Shown here: positions 1-13,318 of the stretch, piece after piece
How positions within the stretch are numbered: the first letter of the stretch is position 1
Layout of the letters: each line of letters begins with the position of its first letter
Source: Chrysomallon squamiferum
Lineage: Eukaryota; Animalia; Mollusca
NCBI GenBank assembly: GCA_012295275.1
Contig: CM022665.1
Location: 18,352,001-18,416,000 of the forward strand
Direction: 5' to 3'
DNA: 64,000 nucleotides
Notes under the pieces: model-generated
The model's input: the letters and a program-made list of their open reading frames with translations, nothing else
Database searches by the model: none
What the model was told of the DNA's origin: nothing
Position numbers and translations under genes: made by a program

Positions 1-288
1 ACAAACCCTTAACAACAGTACCAGGTTAATTCACAGCTCCAGTCTATAAAAAAAACCCATCTTTGTATTTTTGTTAATGATGCATGTGTGTAGCCTGACA
101 AATTTTATTGTACATGAAAGCAAAACAGAGAATGAGTATATCTGCCTATACACACACACACACGTGTGTGTGTGTGTGTTTTTATATGTATGTACGTATG
201 TATATATACATAAGAATATACACATACATTCAGACATAAAAATACATATTCTGATATGCATCTGCATGCAAACAAACACACTCATCTG

Positions 289-333
<45 letters not shown>

Positions 334-486
334 ATGTATAGTAAAACACTGATTTATAATGAGTGTGGTACTGTTGTAATTTTACTGTAAAGCAGTATCT
401 ATATTATTTAAATACTTTTACAACAAAGGAGAGTTATCGAGTTATTCAGCACACACAAACACACACACACACACCTGTTTATATGC

Positions 487-520
<34 letters not shown>

Positions 521-3500
521 GAGGAGGAGGAGGAGGAGGAGGAGGATAACAGTATTAATAATAACAATAATAATAATTAATATTAATAATGATACTTCTA
601 TTAATAATATGAAGAGTAATAATGATACTACTACTACTACTATTACTAATAATAATAATTATAATGATAATGATAATACTACTCTTTGTAATCACACAAG
701 CTAATGATGATACATATGAATACAAGCATAAATACCTAAAAGGTGACAAGTCAAAGGTCAGAGTTCATTTCAAATACCAATGCATATAAATTTATGAACA
801 TTAATAAGGTATCATTTCAGTTTTAATACAAGAAGAAATCTCCAAAAACAAATATATATTAATAAATACAAATAAAAATAGATATTAAATAAGAATAAAA
901 ATTGATATTAAACAAAAATAAAAATATACATACTGGAAAGAAAATTATTTTAATACCTCCAGTTTTAGATATATAGACACACACATACACACAATTTTAA
1001 TTATATCCATGTATACCAGACAAAAAAAAGAAATGCTAGTATTTCAAAAACCAGCATCTATCAAGTTTTACCTTATTTAGGCTTTTTTCTTTTTTCTCTA
1101 GCTGTAGTTCAATAAGCTTGCAAGAAATAATGTTCAATGACATGCCTATTTTGGTTATGTGAATTAAACAGGCATTAAAATAGACTCATCATGGTTTGAA
1201 CATATAGCCTAAATGAAGGTAAAAAAGTAATTCTGATATATTGAAAAACAGAACAATTATTTTTAATATTATTATTATTATTTACTGTTGATAAAAGTAA
1301 ACAAGTAAAATGGAGTACGATTTCATTTGATTGTATCTGCTAATTTTTTTTTTATTACTATTACTTATTTTTTTTTATGAGATAAGGCTTCACGAAAAAT
1401 TTGACTACAAATTCACAAAAGTAAATAAATAAATAAATGATTAAAGTTTATATTAAAAAGAGGAAAAAATGGCAGCTTCATGCATGTTTTATCAAGGTCA
1501 GACTTTATTTTTAACAAAGTCTGGTAACTAGTAAAGCAAATAAAACAGTATCTTTTAAGTACACGTAACATATTTAGCTTTAAGTACTATAAGAGTTTAT
1601 TTTTTCTAAAAATTGGATACGCTGCACACATACATAAACAAAAATTATTATTATTATTACAAACAAACAGGATTACTGCTTCAGATTAAGAACTTAATAA
1701 TAAAGAATATTCATGAATATATTAAACACAATTACATTTTTGATTAAATACACAAAAGAATAAATAAAAAATAAACACTAAACAGCTATTTAATTTTTTT
1801 TTAAATGTGCAGATAAAAAAACATTTGCTGATTAAATAGATATTATATTTCAAGAAATAATTATTCTGAAAGGAATAGGTGAAAATTAATGTATATTTTT
1901 TGACTGAATAAAAAGTAAATTTTTATAACACAGTACTATGGGGGGGGATGTGTATGTGGGTGTATATATGTTATTTTAATTATTTACTTTTTTCTAAACT
2001 GATTAATACTGCTAAAATATATACAATGCAGTTTGCTTTTGTGTGTGTTTATATTACATAATAATTCATATTTAATGAATTGATACTATATAAGCAAAAA
2101 TAAAATAACATTTTTAAAATGTATTATACTGTAACATACAATTCTTATTCCACCACTGTTTGGTGTTCTGGAAGACATATTATTTAATTGATAAGACATA
2201 AACAAAAAAGCTATTATTTAAAATAAACTGAAGAGAAAAACAAATCTGTAATATTTCTAAAAGCTTATACAATATATAATTTAATTTTTATTTTATTTTA
2301 CCGTCCATGATGCTAATTCTTAAAACATTTGTCTTATGCTATTAAAATCTTCTCCTAAATCTTGTTGTTGTTAGCACATTGAAACCTGTCCAGATTGCAT
2401 TATTAAAAAAATACATTACTGCCATAGTACATCTTTAACCACATTAAATTTTATAACATTTCAGTGAGTTTGTTGTATGAAACAAAATGCATGACTGCCA
2501 CAGTACAAAAATTCTTGTTTTTAAACATATTAAATTTAAAAAAAAAACATTTCGGTGACATGTCTAAGTAAATGCACTATTTTTTGTGTTAAAATACCAG
2601 TGTTTGAACTTGTCTCACTCAGAGAAATATTGTAACAGCAAGTTTTGCCATGAGTGTTTCATACAATCTTACTTTAAAAATAAAAAACAAATAAATAAAA
2701 TATAATAATAATAATAATAATAATAATATAAAGTTTAAAAAAGAAATTATATATATATATATTTGTTGTTGTTGTCGTTTTTCATTCTGTGAGAGATTTA
2801 AGTACTTTTAAATGGACAATTTCAGGCCTGATATTAAAATCACTGAAATTTAAGTACTTCTTAGATCTATTTATAATAATAATAATAATAAAATTATGAT
2901 AATGTTAATAACAATAATGAAGGTAACAACAACAACAACAATAATAATAAAAACTGTAATATTGTTTTTAATTACTCAAGCTGATGGTATATAAATCTAA
3001 GTATAAATTATATCTGTTGAAACGTTAAACATCTTTGCTCCTATATTGTTCTGTCTAAACCAAAGACCTAACTTTATTGTCACCCCCATAAGGAAGTCTT
3101 CATATGAAATGTTAATCTTTATAGCATCTACATTCTTCCATACCATAAATACACTTATCTTGTTTAAATCTGCCACAACCAGTAAATTTAATAATATGTT
3201 GTCAGTAAAATATAATAATGCATTATCTGTAATAATTAATAATCATTTTATGTAAGAATTAATAATTATTATAAGTAAAAGCTAATAATATATTATATTT
3301 AAAAATTAATAATGCATTATATGTTAAAATCAATAAGCTATTATCTGTGAAAAGTTAAAAATTATTATTAAAAAAAAAAAAAAAAAAAAAAAGATATTAT
3401 ATTTAAAAATTAATAAAATATTATATTTAAAGATTAATAATGTATTATTGTCTGTGAAACAAGAAGTGAAATGTTTTAGACCAGTGGAAACAGTTAAGTG

Positions 3501-4315
3501 TATTATCACAGCTTTTTAAAAATACATCATTTCTCCTCACAGCCATGTAAAATTATACATGATATGTAACCAGCAGATGTGTTCTTTTTTATGCCTGAAA
3601 ATAAAAAAGATATATATAATGTAACTTGATATTTAGTCTATATTAAAACAAAAAATAAATATACAGATGGTTTATATATATATATATATATATAATAGGA
3701 TTAAGAGAAAGAGTTTTAATTTTTTTTATTCTTTTCCATTTTTTCTTATTCATTTTTATGTTATTATTTATTTATTTATTTTATCCATCATCTATCTATC
3801 TATCTGTCTATCTATATATATATATAAACAAATATATATAAACACACACACACACACACATATATATATGGTTTGATTTTTTGTTTTTTGTTTATAATTT
3901 CAAAAGAAAAGGATAAACATATTTATTGCATCTAAATAATAATTATGGAAATTCAAAATTATTTATGAAACATTTACTCAAACTAATCATTTTATCTTCT
4001 TTTTTTTTGTTGTTGTTGTTGTTTTTCTTTTGGAAGGGGAGAGGTGTTCTGTTTATATATATATAGTTTTAAGATACCATCAAAATTATTTCTTATTGTA
4101 AAAATAACAAATTACTGATTTATTGTCCATTCATTTTAAACTTACTAGCATTAAAGATACACAACATAAATAAATAAACAGGTTTCAAAACAAAACAGAC
4201 TTTGACATTAGCCAGGCAAATCTGAACAATCAAATCAAAATGCAGGTTACATAAAATGTCAAAAACATAAAAATAACTGTTATATAACTTGTGTACATTA
4301 TTTTATATTGCATAC

Positions 4316-4484
4316 TTATATTAAAATAATAAAAAATATTTTTACCTTCATTATTTCATTTTCATCTATAGTCACATTAATCCAGGTGTACAATGGTCTG
4401 AATTCTATTTTTTCAACTTTGTACTTTAGGCTGTTCAATCCATCACTCTTAATTCTTTTCTTTGCTGAGTTAAGCAGGATAAAT
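4316..4484 (-). CDS. bre-4: GT7 gene coding exon 6 (C-terminal; may splice again at 4346)
   Basis: gtacttcag|A-FILLNSAKKRIKSDGLNSLKYKVEKIEFRPLYTWINVTIDENEIMK, then either read-through VKIFFIILI* or donor AAG|gtaaaa at 4345. Confidence 0.85.
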
Positions 4485-7400
4485 CTGAAGTACATTAATA
4501 CAAAACAGATATATATTTTGAGAATAAGATACAATATAAATTACAATAAAAAACAAAAGCATGAAATAATTTATTTGATGAATCAAGCAAAAATTAATTA
4601 ATTTTTTTTTTTTTTTTTTTTTTAAAAGCTGTAAAGAATTTTAACGAATTTTTATCAGAATACTAAATTAGATTAATTAATTATAACTATAATTATCACA
4701 TACCAGATATCACTTAATAAAACAAATATTACCAAATACATAAAAATGCTATTCATATTACCAAATATATAAATGTGCTATTTATATTACTAAATATGTG
4801 TGTGTGTGTGTGTGTCTATTAAAGAATATAACTGTGTATGTGCTATTTATATTACAGTATTATATGTATTTCTTCACATAAATAAACAGTTATGGAAATA
4901 AATAAATGTGCTTCAAGTATTAAATTATTTTTGCCTGCTTTTATTAACTTCATTGGATTTCTCTCTTCCATGTTTGATCATTCGATACCGTGCAATAGCG
5001 AGAGGGTATCGAATTACTTTGAGGCCATTGTCTACAATTCTGTAACAAAAATAAATTTAAAAAAATAAAAACTACTTTAAAATTTTAAACAATATAGAAA
5101 AATACTGATCAAATATAGTTAAATGATATATTTAAAAGGTTACAAAAACTGATTAATAATTAATTGTCATTACTAATTACTGATCAAATTATAACAGTCA
5201 TTATTATTCATATAATGATTATCAATGGGAATAATCATAATTAATTACAACATCGAAACATTTAAAAAAATAAGCTACACTTAATAATAATAGTAATAAA
5301 TGTTATAAGTCATTATTGAACTGAATATAAATATCATTTACTTTTTCTCAGAAAATCAGGATAGAAGATAATAAAATATACAATTCCAAATCTCTAGACA
5401 TAGCTGATTTTCACTTATACCATAGTAACAGTTCTCATGTTGAAATTTAAGAGTTTCTATCATGCAGAGGAAAGAAATTAAAACAATTTAATACTTCACT
5501 AGGACTTAATAATGACCTAGTAGTGGAGCGAATTTAAAATTTGCATTGACCGAATCATCAGAAATTCACGTCTGAGTCAATTAAACAAATGCATATAAGA
5601 CTGAGTCAATATAAAACTGCACGTAAGACTGAGTTAATGGCTGAGTCAGTTGCAGCATTGTAACTGCACATGTACGGCGCAGCAGTTTGAAGTAGGAAAC
5701 ACACCAAGTTAGGATACGGCTTTAGCAGATAAATTTTGCAATCAAACCTTTGATACATATCATCATCTTCTCCTCCCCAGCCAAAATACTTGTTAGAAAA
5801 TCCATTCACTTTCTCCATATGTTCTTTAGTCAAGGCACTCACTCCTCCAAATATGCCTTGGTATGGCAAACTAATAATAATAATGATAATAGTAACAATA
5901 ACTATTATTATTATTATTATTATTATATAAAATTAAAAAAAACAGACTGCTTGAAAATCAAATGATTCAAAATCATTTTTTTTTAAAATTATGTTCACAT
6001 AAAGTAGTGCTATAAATCTAAAATATAAATTAATATACTATTAACATAAAAAGTATTTGTATTTAACTTTAAAAACAATTTATTTGTATTTAAAATTAAA
6101 TATATGACATCTAAAACATCAATGTAACATAATATTCTTGTATTTTTCATTGTATTTATATTCTTTAAATTCAGTGGACAACATATTTGTATATTTAAAC
6201 ATTGAACATTATCAAATCCAAAACAGCAAACTTTTGTACAGGTTAAAGATCTCTTATCTGAAATTCCGAAATCCGAAAAGCTCTGAAATCTGAAACTTTT
6301 TCTGAGAAATTGAAATAATAATATCTTACCATTTTCGGACTCTTTGCATATACAAACCATAGTTCATGCAAAAAATTATTAAAAATATTATTAAAAAATC
6401 CTGCAGACTATCTGTATAAGCTGCACATGAAAAATAAATGGAGTTTGTATTTAGACATAGATTCTATTCTCATGCTGTATTTATATTCCTAAATCTGAAA
6501 CACTTCTGGTTCCAAGCATTTCGGATAAAGGATTCTCAACCTCTATTTAACATATCAAAACAGTTATTAACATTATCTATAAACAGAGTCAGACATCCCT
6601 TACTTGTATTTAAATTTATCAATGGCCGCTGACATGTGACGTGGGTTATCTGGACATGTATAGAGATTTCTGTCATTTTCCGGGATCAAATCAACATCAT
6701 GGAAGAAAAAACACTGATAGTCATAAATTTTGAGAGCTTCTTTGTAGCCAATGTTCATCAGCATTGCCCGATTAAAACGAGACGGCAGAGCCTGAGAAGT
6801 AGAAAAATGAAACATTTTAATTTAAAAATTATTCAACACATTCTTACTATTTTGAGTTTCAGAGCAGTAAAAAAAAAAATATTTCCTTTACAGCTATAAA
6901 GACGTTTTTGGGGTATCTTCAGTAACCCCTATAGCAGTGAAAATTCTGAATTCCTTTACACCAATAGAGAAATTTTTTGAGTATCTTAATTACTTCATAT
7001 ATACGTATTTTTATATTTGTATGGTCAAAATTTGTATTTCTTTTACAACTATTAAGAAATATTTTGAGGTTTATTAGTCATCTCATAGTCAAAATAGTGA
7101 TTTCTATTGTTCCTATAAAGAATTTATTTGAATAACTTTAGTTAGCTCTGCAACATAATTTTTTTTATTTCCTCAACACCTATAAAGATTATTTTTAGAA
7201 GTCATAATAAACTGAGCCATAACCTCTGATGTTTTTACTGGTATAATATCTGGATATTATGTCATTCTACAAGTGGTAAAAAAATGTCTATCTATATTTT
7301 TTTTTTTTTTTTTTTTTACATTTTTATGAAATGTATGGGGAATATCAGATATCAAGAGTCATTTTATTATAATACACAATTGCTGCACAGGCAAAAAAAA

Positions 7401-9215
7401 TTCTAATTTGAATTTTTTTTAAAAAATAAAATGAAATAAAATATAAAGAAAGGGGGGAATGTAAATAAAATAAAACAAAATAAAAATAAAAAATAAAACA
7501 AAATGAAATCCACCAAAATAAGTAAAATAATAAGTACAATATAATATAATATATTAAGAAATAGAATGATATAAAATTTTAAAAAACATATTTAAAAATA
7601 AATAAATAAATAAAATAACGTAACGTAACGTAACGTAATGTAACACAACACAACACAACACAACACAACATAAAAACAAGAACAAAAGAAAAAAATCCAA
7701 CAAAATAAAAATGTCTACCTATTTCTGTTATTCATTTATCAGCCTGGGTGTGTTTTAAAGACATACTTTTACACAATTATCATTCCACGTGACACTGTAA
7801 TTAACCCTGGACTCAGCACTATGCTCTTAAAACTGAGAAGTGAAGAAGTTCATGTATGGTTACAGTAAAAACAAAGATAAAGAGGAAAAATAGAAATTCT
7901 CTGTCATTTAGTGTGTTGTTTTTGGTACTATGTTTAACGTAGCAGGAATAGGTATTTTAGGGCACCTTACTATAGACAGGAAAACATAAAAGGGCAGCCT
8001 TAGATATTTTAGTTGTGAAGAAAAAATAAATCCTTTATCAAACGGTCTGCAATTTTGGTTACTCTTTTTAGTTAGCAGGAATGGATATTTTACGTTCCTT
8101 CCTGCATACAGAAAGTCATAAAATCATAGTCTTTGGAATACACCATATGTGCAGAAAAAAGAGAAATCCTCTGAAATACAGTGTGTAGTTTGGTTACTCT
8201 TTTTAAATTAGCAGGAAGAGGTATTTTGTATGTACCTTCCTATATACAGGAACATATAAAATCACAGACTTGGATATATTTAAATATCACATTAACACAA
8301 TGTGATCTGTCTTTATATAATTATAGGCTGGAACATAATAAATAATTTTAACAGTTTACTTAACAGTTTTACTTAACTGTACTTAACCAACACTACCATA
8401 TAAAATAAATTTAAATAAATAAATAAAAAATGTTTATTATGAATCAGCAACAACAGTAAATAAACAAATAAAGAAATAAAGAATGAAATAACAAAACTAC
8501 TACCAACAACAAACATGTAAGAGCTTAGGTATATGAAATATAGTTATTTTAATCTAAAAACAACAACAGAAAAGATATTTTACAAAGCATACTTACAAAC
8601 CCTAATTTATTTTCTACTGCAATTCAAGTTATCACATTCAACTGTCTCTATATATGCATTAAGTTTAGCTAAATTTTAATTGAAATGAATTTTTAAAAAG
8701 TAAATAAATAAATAAATATAAATTACAAAAATAATATACAAATTTTTAACAGCATAAATTTGTCAAAAAAGCATGCTATATAATTTATTCTATAAACAGT
8801 ATAGTGCATTTCCAGTAATATTAATTTCTGGCTGTTATGTTATAATAGCCTGAACAGAAACAAATCTATTACATGAACATTATCCCTGACAGTCAGAACT
8901 TGGTGATAAAACACAGTGATAGTCTGCATGGTAACAATCAGGTTTTTGGTAGAGTGAGGTAGGGGTGTGTGTGTGTGTGTGCGTACAAACACACACACAC
9001 AACAGATCATTTGTAGAAACTTTATCACTATACATATATTATTAGTTTTATGGGTCAGTGTACAGTATCAAAAGTCTGGTATTTAGTTTCAGATAAATGT
9101 TAGTTAATGGAGATTAAAACAGTATGCTGGCAAATATTTTGACCAAAGAATAGATTTATTTTTTATATTTTTGAGACAATGCTATACATATAAAAATGCA
9201 CAGACATACACATGC

Positions 9216-9250
<35 letters not shown>

Positions 9251-12200
9251 CATACATAGACATATATCTACATACATAGACAGACAGAAGGACAGTTAGG
9301 TAGATTTACACAAAAAGATATATACATACACACACGCACATACATACATACATGCAAACACACATCATACAGATAAAACACACACACACACACACGTACT
9401 GACTTATAATCATTTTCTAATACTTTCTCCCTTTCCCACCTATCTCTCTCTCTCTCTCACACACACACACATACATGGAAACACACACAGACACACACAC
9501 ACACAGATATGTTCTTCAGTTTACCTGATCAATGACGTATATTCCATAATCAAGCTGTTGCCTCTGCAGGATGGGGTGAAGGTTATGAAGGAGAATGCGT
9601 AGCTGCTCTTCTCTGTTGCGGTATGGAATGACAATGGCTATTCTGTGTCTTGCAATGCAGTCGTTTGGTTTAAACCGACCACCAGACCGGACATCAGGGT
9701 GTAACTTGGCAACCTCCTCAAAACTAGGAGCCTCGCTGTATGTGGCGAGAGGCCCAACTGAAAATATTGTTTTAAAATTTATGATTTTATATAAATATAA
9801 ATACTGGACACATCACAGTTTGGATATTTATGATTTTGAATTTTACACATATGTAAATACTGGTAAACATTTCTGTTTTACATAAATATAAATACTGGTA
9901 AAGATTACAGTTCTTAAATTTACAATTTTGAATTTTACACAAATATGAATATTGGTAAATATTACTGTTTTTAAATTTATGATTTTAAAATTATCATAAA
10001 TATAAATAGTGGTAAACATAAAGTTTTCAGATTTGTGTGTGTGTGTGTGTTTTTATCTATGACTGTAGTGAGACGACTACGTAAATTTCTTTATTTTTGG
10101 GCAGAACTGTTTTTACTTTAATACATTAATAGATGTTTATATATACAGTGATACTTGACTTTAGCAGCCTCAGAGATAAACAGCCACCTATGATGTATGG
10201 ACAATTTTCTGAGTCCCTATTGTTTTTCACTGCATATGTGCCCTAGATCAGCAGACACCTGCTGAATGCGGTCATGGAACAGTTTCTGTTTGTTATTATT
10301 ATTCCACTGCTAAAGTGGACAGTCATATCAACTTGGATTTGTTTTCTCCAAAATAAATAATTTTATTGTATGGCAGTTTTATATGGTATTTTTAAAGAAG
10401 TGTTGTTTTTGTCAAATCACATAAGCCTGCGAACTGCAATCACCAAATTCTTGCCTGCCAAACTGAGAATTCAAACCATTTGGTACATATTTTGATAATT
10501 TAAACATTCAACATCATTCCATGTATATTTATGTTATATAAACACAGCTTTATCTTGCTCACTGAATAGTGTATACGGCTCATCAGATCCTTGCTGTATT
10601 TGCCATACTAACCTTTTCAGGATAAAACTGATATCTTAAAGTTGATATGTAGGTACATTTATACATAAATGTGTTTGTGTGTGTTTATTTAGTAGTGAAA
10701 GAGGTACATTCAAGAAGAGGTTACTATTCAAATACTGGTGTGTCAGTGGTAATTAACAATAAAACAGAATCACAAAAACAAGTAAATTACAACAAAAAAA
10801 ATAAAATAAAAAGAAGATAATTTCATACCTTGGTAGTAACTAGTGTCATTAAAGGTAAATAATGTAATACTTGTGTGAATATAAACCTGGAAACAGGTGT
10901 TTAGAACACAAACTAGCTGTTAGTAGTAATTAATTCTAATGGTGAAAAACCTGCTGTTAGGTTGTGATATAAATAAAACATATTTATGTGAATGTCTCTT
11001 AATCCCATTATATACCCACAGTGCTTAAAAATACTGATCTTAAAACTACTTCTTTCAAGCTCAACTGAATAATTTTCATCTATGCTGTGATATAAATAAA
11101 ACATTTTTATGTAAATATATCCATAATTCTGTTTCTATTCAGTTTAAAATACTGAATTTAAATTGCTTCTTTCAAACTCAGCTAAATAATTTTAATCTAT
11201 ATTGTCAATTGTGGTATAAATAAATCATATTTAAGTAAATATATCCATAATGCCATATAATTTTCATACCTACACAACAATTTTAACTGAATAATTGTAA
11301 TCTATATTAACTATAAATTTTCACATAAAAATCTGTATTTTATACAAAAGTACATATAAAAAGTACATATCATGTAAGTTATTATTTATCTCCATTATAA
11401 ATGAATAATTTTAATCTATATTAACAACCAATTTTCATTTCAAACCAATAAAAATTTTGAACATCATATTTTTATTTATCTCCTTCTTAAGAGGTAAATT
11501 TAATAGTTAATTTAATATTATAAACTATGAGATAATTAATTGTAATATGTAATTATTTGATTTATAATATATATATGTATTAAAATTAAATATAAAACAA
11601 AGACATTTTAACATGATAATTAAATGTACAGTGTAAAGGTAACTTTATATTTATAGTATGTAACCGTAACTTTAATATCAAGTTTTCAAAATTAACTTTT
11701 AATCAGCTTTCAAATTGATTTTTAAAATATATTGAAAATAATGTAGATCACTTTGATTAAAAAAAATTAGTAATTTTAAAGTTATTTTGAAAATATCTCT
11801 GCACTCTCACAAAAGAAAAAATTACTTGTTGCTTGTATAGTTCCTAATACAGACATGCATTTCAAAATGCATTTCTAAAATATTAGTTTTCTTCTGGAAG
11901 CAGAGTCTAAACAGATTAAAGTGTGCTTCTTTTGATCCAAAATAAAGTCTAATAACATTCTTCATATTTCCAAGTTAATATTTTATTGTTTTGCTTGATC
12001 TGGTGTGATGACATCATTATTTTTTATTTATTAAAGCAATCCCTAAAAAGGGAACCCTGTTGAGAAATCTTGACATGCTAGGAGACAGCTGTTGGTCAGA
12101 TATCTTGATTTAATGCACTCTTTAACTTAGGCAGTTTTCACTTAATAATTAATTTTCCCCTTAAAAAACATCTGACACTGGTAAATATGTGTCGTGCCAA

Positions 12201-13283
12201 AATTTGGCACCAAAAGGATTAATTAGGAATGGATAATCACAACACCCCCCCTACAAAAAATACCAGGAAATAACTTGTAAATATGATGAATATATTTAGA
12301 CTACTTCTTTGTATCACCAAAGCCACACTCTTGTGTTCTAATAAATTTACCTAAAGTGATATGTAATTTAAATAAAGTATCTACGGTGAGGTTAGTAAGC
12401 CCAAAATTGGTTATTTAAAACAGATTTAAAAACATCAAACAACTAAACTATCATGTGAAAATTATGACCAGTAAAATTATAGACAAGCTTCTTCTTCATC
12501 CATGTCCATCATGTGCTGTTTGCCTTAACTGTGAAAAGAAAATTGGTTTACCATCTTAAACATGCAGATGCTAAAAAGAATAAAAATAATACAAAAATAA
12601 AAAATTAAAATTTTGTAAAACAATACATGCAAGATGTATAAATAAATAAAGTTTTATTTCCATTATCCAAAAAGTCTGTCAATGAGTGTGATTCACATTT
12701 CACCCATCCAAAACAATTTTCTTTTTAAAACAAAAACAAAAATGATAATAATAAAATAATATAAATGTATCTTTTAAGTTTTCAATGGTGCACACTGTCT
12801 TTTTACTTCATGCATCATGCTGCCCAGACTATGCATGCTTCATGCACCTATCGTTTATTACAAAATAGTAATATTCATGCACTGAACATTGGTTATGTCC
12901 TGTTATCTTGGTTACTTCTACCTACATAGCATTGGAATATAACTTTACATGCTGTTCTAGTTTACTCACAATATGCCATTATTATTATTATAAGGGTTAC
13001 CGTCTTGTATTATGTATTTTATAATGATTATATTTTTCTGTTTATTTCATCCAATTCACTAATGTTATAAGTTACAAGTTATCTTGGTGTCAGTAATTAC
13101 ATTTGAAAGCAACTCAAATTCAAAATGTTTCTTAATAATAAAAACAGAAATTCAATATCACCAAAATGTTAATCTAAATTATTTATATAAACATCTGAAA
13201 GAAAAGTCTTCAAATGAATGAATGTGCATGTGTGTATTTTTGTGGTGTGTGTGTGTGTATGTGTGTCTGATGTGCTTAGATGG

Positions 13284-13318
<35 letters not shown>

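Noticed and set aside
5490-5562. Possible intronic box C/D snoRNA (minus-strand TGATGA)
   Set aside because: No appropriately placed CTGA box D or terminal stem
5606-5747. ORF extension beyond exon 4 (FDCKIYLLK...)
   Set aside because: Intronic read-through; GT7 homology resumes only in exon 5
9595-9885. Plus-strand 96-aa ORF
   Set aside because: Antisense to GT7 exon 2; the real frame is on the minus strand
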